From contig NC_085841.1 in assembly GCF_035594765.1 (NCBI RefSeq), positions 289,301,402 to 289,365,401 of the forward strand: 64,000 nucleotides of DNA, read 5' to 3'. The notes under the pieces were generated by a model, which saw nothing but the letters and a program-made list of their open reading frames with translations, was not told the origin of the DNA and ran no database searches. The stretch is from Anolis carolinensis. Lineage: Eukaryota. This document shows positions 24,721 through 37,775 of the stretch, piece after piece; the first letter of the stretch is position 1; each line of letters begins with the position of its first letter. Both the position numbers and the translations under genes were made by a program.

Positions 24721-26809
24721 GTCTTAGATAAAGCCAGCGAGTTGTGTTTTCTTTTGATAGTTTCTCTCACATGTGACTGAGATGATGGAGAGGTATTTTG
24801 AAAAACCTTTTCTGTTCTCAGTTTTAGAATGTTAACTTTTTGTATTATTAGTGTTGTTGTTGTTTTTATTTATTCATTTGTTTATTCGTATCCTGCTTTT
24901 ATCTCTGTGCTAGAGACACAAGGTAGCTTTTAACTCCCAGAATGCCATAAGCAATCATTCAAAAAATAATTCCCCTTACAAAATTCCCTCCTTTGGTGTT
25001 TATTTGATTACTTAAACCTCAAGTGATACATTAGAGCAAGAATATCCAGGGTATAGCTCATAGATTAATTTCAGATGTTCTCTGACAAAGAACAGTCCAG
25101 ATCCCTTGTAAAGATGATTTTTTCCTCAATTGGAAACCTGATGAGCAAGGAATATGTGTTTGAGGAGAGAGAAGGAAAGCTGTCAGTTCCACCCACTGGT
25201 TCTGGCCCTGGCCATAGCTGACTTCTGCCCACATTTTGGCAGGATGAGCCCTGACAGATTCCCATCAAGGGAATGCAGCCCTCAAGGGAAGAAATGTTGC
25301 CCACCCATGCATTAAAGTATGAAATAATAAATAAGTATATTCTTGTCCTTGCTTCAAGTGAACAGTTGTAAGAAAAAGACATCATGTCCTTCAGTTTTGA
25401 ACTCTAGAAGATTCAATCCAACATAATTGATTGGCATTTGGTTTCCCCCTGAACATCTGAGTTGCCAAATGCTATTTGTGCAAGCAAAAAAAAAAATGAC
25501 TCCTGGCCTCATTTAATATGCTTGCTGGCTTTGGCTTGATAAATGACTTTGCTGGAGATGTTCTTCAAGCGTATCAGCGCATCTTAGTCTAGACCTGTTG
25601 CACTTTTGCTGTTTATGGCCTTTCCCCTTGATGAGGATGAATCAGCTGAGATTGTGGTTGAACGTGGTGGTGGCTGGCATCTTTTAAATCAAATGGGTGG
25701 GCTGTGGAATTTGCTCTCCAGAACAACCCTTGGAGGTAATGGTAATCAGTGCAATGTGTACTTTGACTTTGTTTTGATCGGATTCTTGCAATCCTCACTC
25801 CCCTCCACTCCCCAGAAAGAAATTAAAGTGAAAATAGTGTCCCGAGGACATGACTTCTGATAGGCTATCAGGAGCCTGGCTGCTGTATGACGGATCCACG
25901 AGCTGTCAGCAAGACTGCGGAATGGGTTGCCAAGAAGGTGAGATGCCAAATACCAGGTGAACATCTTTGCCAGCTTAGCACCTCCGAGCCATGTGACGGC
26001 CGCCTGGCAAACAGTTGCTTTTATGCTGCTTGCAGGAATGGAAAAACAAGCGTGCTGCCTGCATTAATGTGTCTCCTCAAGCAAGATGATGATTTACATG
26101 GAGACTCTAAAATGCCGAGTTAGGCATTTTGCAATTTGGCATTTGCTGTGGATCCACAGCAGCTGTGCAAGGGACTGGGATGATGCATCCCACTGTAGTT
26201 ACTACTCAAATGTCTGGATCTGAGCAGATAAAGCAGGCTGGAGATACTCAGGGCCAAAGTGAATATCACCTGAAAGATTTGTGACTGGCCTTTCATTTTT
26301 ATTTGAATACAAATGTAGAGATTCTTAAAATGTTCAAAACAGAAATATATAGCAATGGTAGGTCAGTCTGTCTTGGACTACAGTTTCCAAAACCCTTTGC
26401 CATTGCACATGCTTCCTGAAGATTTTTAGTGCTGAAGCATGAACTATATATTCAAAGGAGGCATTCTGTTTGCCCTGGTGTTCTAGGGAATGTAAACCAC
26501 GGGGATACCTATGGGACAGGGAGAAAACGAAGATATTGCCCTTCAAACAAGAATTTTGTTTTCCCATGAAATGAGATACAGAAAAATGTTTGAACACAGC
26601 GACATCCTGATTTTACTATTTGCTGATTTTGTTTGTTCTGAGGTCTATGCTGTCTTGGATTGCCTTTCTTTTGCTTTGAGAAAGAGTTATCTTCTCACCA
26701 GCGATTAAGTCTTCTTATGTGGAATCTACCACAGACTCTTGAATACCCAAACTCATTTTAATTATTTTTTTTTATTTTCTCCTAGTGAGGTGCAGGATTC
26801 AGTTTTATC

Positions 26810-27055
26810 TTCACAATTTTCCCTGGATGCAACAGTACACAAACTTTAAATGTGAAAAAGCACTCCTGGCTATCACAGAAAGCTGGTCCTCTAGGTTCAA
26901 AGCTGAGTCCAGAGTACACCCAAACTGTGGACCTGTGTTTTCAGGGAGTGTGAAACCCAATCTAATACAGGCTCTATGCCTTGATCTACCTTTTATCCAA
27001 TCTGTCTTCTGTAAATTAAGTGTCAATTTGTTTGCCTTCACCCAGTCCAATTACT
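26810..27055 (-). mobile_element. Old L2 RT fragment
   Basis: DWVKANKLTLN...LDSALNLEDQLSVIARSAFSHLK is homologous to ORF 72..1127. Confidence 0.8.
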
Positions 27056-27351
27056 GATGAAAAACACTATTTCAGGACTAAATGTTCTCCAGCCTATCTT
27101 GAAATCTTGGTAGACCCCTGTGAAAATGAATGTTCCATCAAAATCAATTCCTTTATTAATGAGGACTTGTCTCTTGGTGACCTTCAGACTGGGTATTAAT
27201 TAAATAATTGCCAGAGTCCCATAAGTACCTCCAATACATTGTCAAAACTATTCTCAGTTTTAGAGGAAGTTCAGTAAAACAGACCTGGGTCCAAAACCCT
27301 GTATTACAAATGTTTGGTCAAAGCTGCCTGCATGAACTGTTAGCTATATCT

Positions 27352-27471
27352 ATAATAATATGCAGTGTGCATAGGAATTTGTTTATAGGTTTTTTTTCAA
27401 CTATAGTCTGGCCCTCCAACAGTCTGAGGGACCGTGAACTGGCCCCTGTTTAAAAAGTTTGGGGACCCCTG
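27352..27471 (+). mobile_element. hAT-Charlie 3' end, OposCharlie1 (OC1)-like
   Basis: actatagtctggccctccaacagtctgagggaccgtgaactggcccctgtttaaaaagtttggggacccctg matches my recollection of the OC1 terminus. Confidence 0.65.
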
Positions 27472-28280
27472 CTCCAAGGTATGCATTCATAACTGCCCAA
27501 TGGGGTTTTGGCCTTAAAGTATTTCTGAAAATTTTGAGCAATTTCCAGTGCATGGTTTATTATCTAGTTCTATCATTTCATTACCAGACATGCTTATTTT
27601 CTCAGTTGCTAGCAATTGTATTTCATATTCCCAAATAGATAAACTCACTAAATCAATTGTTGAATGATGAATCAATCAATTGGCTAAATCCCACTGATTA
27701 AATGGGTGTATTCTATTTGAGATTAGTAATATGATTCAGGACTCAGTATAATGTTTGTCCTTCTCAATATCCCCCAAAACATGCCTCCCAAAGTTTAAAG
27801 TAGATGACGTTCATGTTCAGCATAACTGTGATTTCATTCATTAAATGTGCATATGAGCTGAACAGAGGGAAACTGATTCAGTGGAACAGTCACAACATAA
27901 TCCTAACACATATGCTTAAAAACAAGTCCCATGGTATTGAGTGGACCTTTCTCCCAGGAAATTGGGTGTAGAATTGCAGTATGAAATGTTCGATGTGTAG
28001 TCTGAGCCGACCACTTATGGGATATTACATACCATTGATTACTCCAAGAAATGCGAGTAAATCCGTGTTGATGTATTGAGTATTGAGGAACAGCTGTTCT
28101 GTCTGTGATCTTAACTATATAGTACCCCATAGGAATAAAAAATGTACTTACAGGAGTGTGAAAAAACAGACCAAGGCATTGGCTGGCGACAGACAACAGA
28201 TTTTGTAGAGAATTGATAACAGTTTGAAAGAATGATGACTGTTCCAAGTGTGCATCTCAAAATTGTGCTAGTGTTTAAAC

Positions 28281-28468
28281 NNNNNNNNNNNNNNNNNNNN
28301 NNNNNNNNNNNNNNNNNNNNNNNNNNNNNNNNNNNNNNNNNNNNNNNNNNNNNNNNNNNNNNNNNNNNNNNNNNNNNNNNNNNNNNNNNNNNNNNNNNNN
28401 NNNNNNNNNNNNNNNNNNNNNNNNNNNNNNNNNNNNNNNNNNNNNNNNNNNNNNNNNNNNNNNNNNNN
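28281..28468. other. Assembly gap
   Basis: Run of N. Confidence 1.
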
Positions 28469-30025
28469 GTCAGTGGAGCAGAATAGGCATGTATGGACAA
28501 TTAATGCCAAAAATGACCGTTCCTCTCAAGCTGTAGATTGAGACACTTAAGTGAGGGTATCACTCTGCATAAGTCTCTGACAAAATTACTGTCACTCAAC
28601 CTGAACCCTTGAGAGTGACTGTGTGTCAATATATCTGAACCTGGAAAAATTACTTTTTTACTGTAGTTCTCACAATTCCTCAGGAAGCTCAGTGTGCTGA
28701 CTGAAGGATACTGGGAGCTGGAGTCCTACAAAGCCCTCAAGGTTTCCAAACACCACTATACAGTAGAAATATCTGATAGCAGTTTGGAAAGTGAGTACTT
28801 TGCTCCCCTCTGAGCCCTGCTCAGATCATTGTATACTTCCAGAGCCAGCAAAGAGGAGGTTGGGGGGTGGGGGGCAAGGAAGGGGTCTTGACAAAAGGCC
28901 AGCCAGGAAGCCAGTTGCAGCCACAGATCCTGCTACCACTGAATACAACCTGCCTCTTGGCACCCAGTTCTTGCAGCTGCCAGGCACTCTTCTTATGTGG
29001 TCACTGGTGTTGGCTCCAAGGCAAGAGCAGACAGAGGAGGAGGGCGAAGGGGAGCACATTCATCCCTGCCAAGAAGGAATGGAGGCCGTGCCAAGTAACT
29101 ATGTAACTAGGCACCTGTGCCAATGCGCTCAGTAATTGGATTGCTATTTGAAAAATTAACATGGTCTTTAGAACCTTTGCCTTTAATGTAAGAAGTTCTG
29201 CAGTTGCAAATGGCAGAGTGAGCAGAAAATGGGTAGGAGGACTCCACATTCACTGCTTAGAGAAGGATTGTTGTTGTTGTTGCTTAGAAGAAGTCATTTG
29301 GTCACCTTCCAGAAAATTATAATGCTGCTTCTGAATCCACTCGGCTGTGCTGGCAGATGCGAGAGACAAAGGACAAAATGCAGTATGTCCGAAAGCTGGG
29401 GTACTCCTGCTTCCTTGAAGGAATAATCAGCTTCCATGCTGCAATCTTTCAGCAATGCAAACATGACATTTAAAAAAGAAAAAGAAAAAAGTATCTAATG
29501 TATTTGGCATATTTGTCTCCCTGAAGGAGACAAAATGCAAATAGACATTAGATGCCAATTCCTGTGGGCTGAATCAAGATTATTCTGCCACAGGATTATA
29601 TTTAATGCACTTACGTCTTCATTGGCTCCTTGGACAGGGGATCTGAAGGTCTCCAACCTGAATTGTGTTTCCAGTTCCCATTTTGTCCAAGTGCATTCAA
29701 TTTGGGGCCAAGAAGCTTCAATAAGGCTGGAGACTGCTGAAGGCATCATTTCTTTCATACTTTCCCCATTTCCTTGGTTGCGTTTGGCAAAGCAACTTTG
29801 GATGGCAGTGGAATAAGCTGTTTAACTATTTTACACCAACAAATAGACTTTTAGAGAAAAAAAATAAGTATTTTAAAAGTTCACTACATTGTTTATCTTA
29901 ATGGTGTTCCTTAAAAAGTGTTTCCAAGGTGATTTACACACTGAGTAACAAAGCATAATTACACAAAGTAAGAAAGCAAGCAAAGATAACAGCAAAGATA
30001 ATATTGAGCTGTTAAAACTGGTAAA

Positions 30026-30354
30026 GGAACCCTTGTGGCCAAGTGTGTTAAAGCACTGAGCTGCTGAACTTGCAGACCGAAAGGTCCCAGGTTCAAATCC
30101 TGGGAGTGGAGTGAGCGCCCACTGTTAGCTCCAGTTTCTGCCAACCTAGCAGTTCAAAAACATGCCAATGTGAGTAGATCAATAGGTACCGCTCCAGCAG
30201 GAAGGTAATGGCGCTCCATACAGTCATGCCGGCCACATGACCTTGGAGGTGTCTACGGACAACGCCGGCTCTTCGGCTTAGAAATGGAGATGAGCACCAA
30301 CCCCCAGAGTCAGACATGACTGGACTTAACGTCAGGGGAAACCTTTACCTTTAC
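30026..30354 (+). mobile_element. Sauria SINE, full length
   Basis: tRNA head (ggttcaaatcc B box), (acttt/accttt)n tail and a perfect 14-bp TSD ttaaaactggtaaa. Confidence 0.95.
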
Positions 30355-31364
30355 TTAAAACTGGTAAAAAGATTAAATAACCAGCAACAGTAGTTTGGGA
30401 GTGAGTAAAAATGATTTTTAAAAAAATAAAGATCTATTTAATAAATTTAGACTGCCTTTCACTCTGACAGATTTCAGGATTGCATACACAAACAAGAGAA
30501 TATAAATTAACCCAAGAATATAAATTAATGATAAGCAATCTCAAATTCAAATCTTGAATATTAGTACTGGTGAAGGATGTTCACACGCAATCAGGTCACA
30601 GGAACTCAAAAGTCTCCATACAGAGAGCCTAAGTCTGGAAGTGACATTGAAGAGTACATAATGCCCATCTTAAAACAGTACTAGGATGTTGAGAAATACA
30701 AGAATGTTTAGTCTCTGTTTCTGAAATTGTGACACCTCAAAACATAGAACAGCTTGAAAGACAGGGGCTGGGAAAAATAGGAGGAGATAAGAAGAAATTT
30801 CTGCCCCTAGATGGAGTATTCTGCACACAGGAAGTTTTGAACATTTTGGGAGAACACAAGCAGCAATATGTTGAGAGGCCTTGTTGATATTCCTTCTTTT
30901 TAAAGAACTATCCCCTTTTCTTTGATATATTATGATATATATTCATTTTACTGGATGTGAGAAAGGGGTCCATCTTATTTCAGTTGTTTGCTGTATAATG
31001 AACCCTATAGGAATATTATTTTTTATATGTTTACATGACACATTGCTGCCCTAGCAACAAGAGCAGAAATAAGATGGCAATGTTATCATTTCACGGCCTT
31101 GTCTGATTTATGTTGCTGACATTCCATAGGAAACAAGAATTTTTAAAGGTTTTCTTAGCTTCGATCAGGTGGGCAAAAAACCTGGATGCCACATTGTGCG
31201 ATTCAGGAAACTAAAAATCTTGGTTCATTAGAGTTAATAGAATTATAGGCTTGGAAGAGACCACCAGGGCCACCTAGTCCAACCCCCTGCCATGCAGGAA
31301 CACTGCAGAGCTTTAGCTTTCCCATGTCCCAGATCTTGCTTCTTTGGTTCACTGTGTTTTCACA

Positions 31365-31953
31365 TGTTGGATGTCATCATGGACTGCACAAGTCTCAAGT
31401 AGTTAGGTAGAGGATAGGATTAGACTGAGGGAACCCTCTCTGTATTCCCATGCATGCCTAGATAGGCCTTTGCTGTTTTCCCTCTCATGCTTTCCTGTAT
31501 ACCTTCACTTCTTCACCTTGTTTTTGTAGTAATGCAACCCTTTAGGGATGAGGTAACTTCCTCTATCTATTGGAATGTTAATTGCCCCAAGGCTTAGACC
31601 ATTTGGTCAGCCCCATTTTGTCTCCTCTTCCTCCTTTGTCTTCAACCTGAGAAGGCCACATTTTGTCCTCTCTCCTGGCAAAATGTAGCTATTTTGTTAT
31701 TTTTACCTTCTTACCTTCCATAGTGGCTAACCTAGAGAGCTAGTTAGCTCCAAGTACCTTTTCTATCTACAATGTATTTCTTTTTACTTCAATAAATGAT
31801 TTTGAAGTTTTATTGAGACTTTTGCAATCTTTTGCCATCCTAAGGATAAGTTTCTGCAGTTTATGAAGTGTGCGTCTGCCACTCTGCTGTATTTTTGAGG
31901 AATCACCCCAAAAGAGGGTTATTTGAGTCTAACCGCTCAATAGATTCCCAACA
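31365..31953 (+). mobile_element. Solo LTR, 589 bp
   Basis: tgttgg...ccaaca inverted termini, 5-bp TSD tcaca/tcaca and aataaa at about 31791. Confidence 0.75.
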
Positions 31954-33242
31954 TCACATAATTCAGTGTCTACACCTATCATAGGTCCCTATTATCAGTA
32001 CATACTGAAAGGCTATGCAGGAGCGTCACAAGCTTAACTTCTTACACTGGCTTTTCAGATGTCTAGTATAGGGAATATATTCACATCTCACATGCTGATG
32101 AGATGCCCCTGATCTGGTGGAAAAAACATTAACTTTTAAATTGTGAGGCCAAGAATCACCCAGACTCAGTAATTCTGGGAGGTATGGTACAAAAAGTAAC
32201 CCGCTACAAAGAATTATTCCATGATCTCCTCCAAATGCTAAGAAAACCCTTGCAGAGATGAGATAAAATGAGATAAAATGTTCAGCCTTCCTCTCCAGAT
32301 GTTTCATTGCATTGGTGGTTCAAGATAATTATTGCACAAGAAAGGATACAGACTGCTGGGATTCGGCTTTGTTGACTACGAGTAACAGTCGGCATCATTC
32401 CGAATGTTCCAAAGCATTAGATTCATGTTCTACTCCTATCATGTGAAGAATATTCCTGTTTTTGTGTGAACATGCTGTACACTTGTTATTTCCATGTTTG
32501 ATCCTCTATATGTTTTGGACTTCAGTTCCCGGAGGCCCCAGCCAGCTCACCAAATAGTTAGGAATGCTGACAGCCCAGGTCCAAAACATCTGGAGGACCA
32601 AAAGTTGGAAACTACTGCTCTATATCATCTTTGCATTCCATTCAATCTCTGTATCCATTGATTTTGCATTCACTGATTAAACCATTCACTGCTTGAAAAT
32701 ATCTCCCCTTAAAACAATTCTCAAAAGCAAAGCTTTATTTTGCTATTTTATGTAAGAGGCATCATCTTAACTACACCACTGAATATAATGGGATGAGGAT
32801 CCACAGATTTGGTATATACTGGGGGCCCTGGAAACAAACCCCAGCATATACCAAGGGCCCACTGTAGCTGGTCTTTATGATATGGTCTTTCTACATGGCA
32901 ACAAGGTTTATCTGCTCCTGGTGATAGTGTTCATGGTGGGGGGAAAGGGGGCTTTTAATGGCTCATGAACAGGCCCTTATGCAATTATTTAAATCAGCCC
33001 GGAGTCCGCCAGTATTTGGATAGGTTTGCACCCCCTCCCCATCCCAGCAATTGAGAAAACTGCCCCTCTGGCAGGTATTTTTCTGCTCACTAACAGGGAC
33101 TGAATTGTGGGGAAATGTGCCTTAATTCAGCTAATGATTGTCTAATGGGGCTTTTCAAAATCCTCTGCATCTTGCCAATGGTGCCACCGGGTTCTTGTTG
33201 TGAAGGAGGTGTATTCATCTCAGGGACAGAACATGGGTCTTG

Positions 33243-33850
33243 ATGGGTTGCTGTGAGTTTTCTGGGCTGTATGGCCATGTTCCAGAAGCATTCTCTCCTG
33301 ACTGACTCCTGACCCACACCTATGGCAGGCATCCTCGGAGGTTGTGAGGTCTGTTGGAAACTAGGCAAGTGGGGTTTATATATCTTTGGAAAGTCCAGAG
33401 TGGGAGAAAGAACTCTTGTCTATTGCAATTTATCACCTTGATTAGCATTTAATGGCCTTGCAGATTCAAAGCTTGGCAGCGTCCTGCCTGAGCGAATCTT
33501 TTGTTGGAAGGTGTTAGCTGGCCCTGATTGTCCCATGTCTGGAATTCCCTTGTTTTCTGAGTGTCATTTTTTAATTTACTGTCCTGATTTTAGAGGGTTT
33601 TTTTAAAAAAATAATGATTTTGTTCATTTTCATGGTTTCCTCCTTCCTCTTGAAATTGTTCACATGCTTGTGGATTTCAGTGGCTTCTCTGTGTAGTCTG
33701 ACTTGGTGGTTGTTGGAGTGGTCCAACATTTCTTGTTCTCCAATAATATACTGTGTCCAGGTTGGTTCCTCCAGTGCTCTGCTGTGGCTGACTTCTCAGG
33801 TTGAGTTAAGTCTGCAGTGCCTTTTATGTTCCTTCATCCCTGTTTGGGCA
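33243..33850 (-). mobile_element. Penelope-like retroelement 3' fragment (GIY-YIG end plus terminal repeat)
   Basis: SAQTGMKEHKRHCRL on the minus strand; reverse complement of 34850-35790. Confidence 0.9.
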
Positions 33851-34160
33851 CTCCCAACAAAGGATTCCCTCAGGCAGGAAGCAGCCAGGCTTTGAATCTG
33901 CAAGGCCATTAAGTGCGAATCAAGGTGATCAATTGCAACATTCACACCTGCCTCAAGCAGGCAAGAGTTATTTCTCCCACCCTGGACATTATTCCACAGA
34001 TATATGAACCCGACTTGCCTAGTGTAGTTTCCAACAGACCTCACAACCTCTGCCATAGATGTGGGCGAAACGTCAGGAGAGAAGGCTTTTGGAACATGGC
34101 CAGACAGCATGGAAAACTCACAACAACCCAGTGATGCCGGCCATGAAAGCTTTGGACAAC
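33850..34160 (+). mobile_element. Penelope terminal repeat (pLTR), inverted relative to the adjacent copy
   Basis: ctcccaacaaaggattccc...gaaacgtcaggagagaag...ccatgaaagctttggacaacac. Confidence 0.9.
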
Positions 34161-34212
34161 ACTCTTTCCTTTCTTCCCTCCCTCCCTTTTACCTTATTTC
34201 TTTCCTCCCTTC

Positions 34213-34362
34213 NNNNNNNNNNNNNNNNNNNNNNNNNNNNNNNNNNNNNNNNNNNNNNNNNNNNNNNNNNNNNNNNNNNNNNNNNNNNNNNNNNNNNNNN
34301 NNNNNNNNNNNNNNNNNNNNNNNNNNNNNNNNNNNNNNNNNNNNNNNNNNNNNNNNNNNNNN
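34213..34362. other. Assembly gap
   Basis: Run of N. Confidence 1.
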
Positions 34363-34800
34363 CTCGCCCGCCCCCTGCCAACCGCAACCTGCCCTCTCCC
34401 CCCCTCTCTCCCCTTTGCGCCCTTTGTTTCCGCGGCGGCGGGGCCAGCCTCGCAGCTGTTGTCCGGGGCCGCTCCGTCCGCCTGTGATCAGTCAGCTGCG
34501 AAATCCGGCCTGAACAACTCGGCATTCAGGGCGCTAATCGGGCCAGCGGACGGTTTCCTCCTCCGGGGCCGTAAATCTCGCTCCCCGCGCTCCGCCCGCC
34601 CTCCAGCCAGTGGCGCCGGCCCTTTGGGCGCTCGCTCCCTTTCCCAGCGGAGCCGGCGGCCGCGGCGCGTGTGCGCGGAATGCTAAGCGCCGGGCGCCCT
34701 CCTCGCAGGCAACTTGGGGGGCGAGGCGGGGAGAGCCCGGCCTGGACGGAGGAGACCCCGGCCCCGCCGCTGGCTCCCCTCCCCCGCCTCCCCCACATCC
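34363..34800. promoter_or_regulatory. CpG island, candidate host promoter or first exon
   Basis: Very GC- and CpG-dense and not recognisably repeat-derived; GC box ccgccc; cctttgtt SOX-type motif. Confidence 0.6.
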
Positions 34801-34804
34801 CCTG

Positions 34805-35820
34805 ATGGACAAGGCTCCATCGGGACCACCAAACGCAGCCATGCCCAATCGCGAATCAAGGAACAGGAAAGGCACTGCAGACTAACTCAACCAGCCATAG
34901 CAGAGCACTTGATGAACCCACCTGGAGACAGCGTATTATTGGAGAACGCACAAATGCTGGACCATTCTCACAACCACCATGCCAGGCTACACAGAGAAGC
35001 CATTCAAATCCACAAGCATGTGGACCATTTCAACAGAAAGGAGGAAACCATGAACATGGACAAAACCTGGCTACCAGTATTATAAAAACTCTAAAATCAG
35101 GACAGTAAATAAAGAACAACACTCTGAAAACAGAGGAATTCCAGGCTAGAAACAATCAGGGCCAGCTAACACCTCCCAACAAAGGATTCCCTTAGGCAAG
35201 AAGCAGCCAGGCTTTGAAGCTGCAAAGCATTTCAATGGTAATCAAGGTGGCCAATTGCACCATTCACACTTGCCACAAACAGACAAAGAATTCTTTCTCC
35301 CACCCTGGACATTATTCCACATATATACAGTAGAGTCTCACTTATCCAACATTCGCTTATCCAACATTCTGGATTATCCAACACATTTTTGTAATCAATG
35401 TTTTCAATACATAATGATATTTTGGTGCTAAATTAGTAAATACAGTGATTACTACATAGCATTACTACATTTTGAACTACTTTTTCTGTCAAATTTGTTG
35501 TATAACATGATGTTTTGGTGCTTAATTTGTAAAATCATAACCTAATTTGATGTTTAATAGACTGTTCCTTGATCCCTCCTTATTATCCAACATATTCACT
35601 TATTCAACATTCTGCTGGCCTGTTTATGTTGGATAAGTGAGACTGTACTGTATATACAAACCCCACTTGCCTAGTTTCCAACAGACCTCACAACCTCCGA
35701 GGATGCCTGCCATAGATACGGGTGAAACGTCAGGGAAGAATGCTCCTGGCACATGACCATACAGCCCAGAAAACTCACAGCAACCCAGTGATTCAGGCCA
35801 TGAAAGCCTTCCGACAACAC
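34805..35820 (+). mobile_element. Penelope-like element 3' part (GIY-YIG endonuclease remnant plus pLTR), with a mariner MITE inserted
   Basis: GQGSIGTTKRS..SRIKEQERHCRL..AIAEH...REAIQIHKH..FNRKEE matches the PLE Uri/GIY-YIG domain. Confidence 0.92.
35328..35650. mobile_element. Tc1/mariner MITE nested in Penelope
   Basis: Same TIRs as 20822-21144; inserted at a TA in the Penelope atatata run. Confidence 0.95.
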
Positions 35821-36022
35821 ATCTCCTGATGGTTTTGCACAGAGGTGTGCCAGCCTGGCCTCTCCAAGGAGCAGAAAGATGCTTGTCTCTCTGTTTCATA
35901 TTTTACCCATATATTTTTACCCATATGAAGTTAATGACATGGTTGTCTTCTACCCCCCCCCCCCCCCCCCCAATTCATTCCCCTTCAAGGCAGAAAGAAA
36001 GAAATGGCTGTTTCTAAACCTT

Positions 36023-36232
36023 GGGCATATCTACACCATAGGAATCAATGCAGTTTGAGACCACACTAGTTGCCCGGGCTCTGTGCTATGGAATACTGAA
36101 AGCTCTAACAAGGTCTCGACTTCCCTGCCAAAGGATGCTGATGCCTCAACAAACTACAACTCCCAAGATTCCATAGCTTTGAGCCAAGGCAGTTAAAGTG
36201 GAATCAAAGTGCATTCTAAAGTGTAGAGAACC
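36023..36232. mobile_element. MITE, probably PIF/Harbinger
   Basis: TIRs gggcatatctacac / gtgtagagaaccc, with internal inverted arms. Confidence 0.7.
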
Positions 36233-36290
36233 CCTTGTGGGAAGAGTGTTTTCCAGTTTTTTTTGGGCCAAGGATGGGGATTTATATTTA

Positions 36291-36660
36291 TCATGTCAGA
36301 AACAAACCGAGTTGTAATGTATTTAAAAACACACACAAAGCAAAAAAAAAACTGGCATTATACTCAATGTCTTTTGACCAGTAGCTGGCCGCTTGGAGTA
36401 CCTCTAGTGTGGCTAAGGTCCCCCAATTGTGCATGTGGCAGGGCTTACACTGCATTGTAATAGGTGGTCTGTGGTTTGCTCTTCTCCACACTCGCATGTC
36501 GTGGACTCCACTCTGTGGCCCCATTTCTTAAGGTTGGCTCTGCACCTTGTGGTGCCAAAGCGCTGTCTGTTCAGAGCCTTCCAAGTTGCCCAGTCTTCTG
36601 TGTGCCCAGGAGGAAGGCTGAGGATGAACTCTTCTGACAGATGAGAAACCGAATACCAAA
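36291..36660 (-). mobile_element. Vingi (Ingi-related) LINE 3' fragment
   Basis: LPPGHTEDWATWKALNR...KKWG..STTCECGEEQTTDHLLQC (CCHC motif); 3' end ttctgacatga. Confidence 0.85.
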
Positions 36661-37775
36661 ACATCTTGACAAAAAATGGGTGCAAGCACTTGTGCGACCA
36701 CAGATTCAAACCTATCAGCAGGCCTCATTGTGTGCATTTTTCAATCTCTTGAATTTGATCCTCACATTTCTTTCTTTTGGGGAGGGGTGAAGTCTGTGTC
36801 CTGTTTCTAAAAAGTGTTTTACCACACAGTGGTTAACTGTTTAGTTAGAAGTGGCTGCTGAAGCAAGCCATAGTGGTGCTGTGGCTTCAGTCTTGGAGAA
36901 AGACTGAGGGAGAGGAGGGTTTGAATTTTTTGTTCAAATGTGGAAACCAACTTTAGAAGGCCATTCTTCATGTATGGAATCTACTTACCAGAGGTTGGAA
37001 AAGGTGCATATTTGGACTGAATCTTACAGAATCCCTTACTGAGCATGGCTGTACTCACTGCGGCAGTTTGGGAATTGGTTCGATTATAAAACAAAGTATA
37101 ATACAATGAGAGAGATTCATGCCTGCCAATTCACTCTAAACATGTTAGTGAATTGTGGCAGTGTGCAATGGGACACTGCATGCAATGATTCATTTGCAAT
37201 GGGAGCTCTCATTGTTCAATAGCACTGTGCCTCAGGAATTTTTCTTATCAGGACAATTGTGTGACTGCCATACTGGTGGTTCAACTCTTGCAATGATCCT
37301 GACAGCATAGCTACATCTATGCTCCCCTTCTAGGAACACCAACATTGCACCATGGTGCAGGTGAACTTAATGCAATTGTTAGCCAGTTTACAACAATGCA
37401 ACTTCCCACAGGATGACAGTCATTACTAATAATACTGCTGATTACGCTTGTCCTGTACTTGTTGCACAGGTTCACAAACTATTTGTAAACTAGAGCAATA
37501 AGTACAGAATAAGCATAATACTCAGCAGTATGTACCCAGAAAACAATCTGGCCACTGTATATTGTGCATTGGTTGATTTTGAATACAGTTCCATGTAAAG
37601 CATTTTGTATCGGCCTAAATGGACAATAATTGAATTTGAGTGGGCAAAGTGTAGCTTATAGGACACATGCAGATCTTCTGAGGTTCCTCAGAAACATGCT
37701 ACCTCTACATCCCAGACCATGACAGTTTCAAAATTGTTTTTCATGCCAATTTTGAGGTCATTCTTGCCCAAAAAA

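Noticed and set aside
28111-28510. ORFs containing X runs (also near 34.1, 40.2 and 44.1 kb)
   Set aside because: Artefacts of translating through N gaps.
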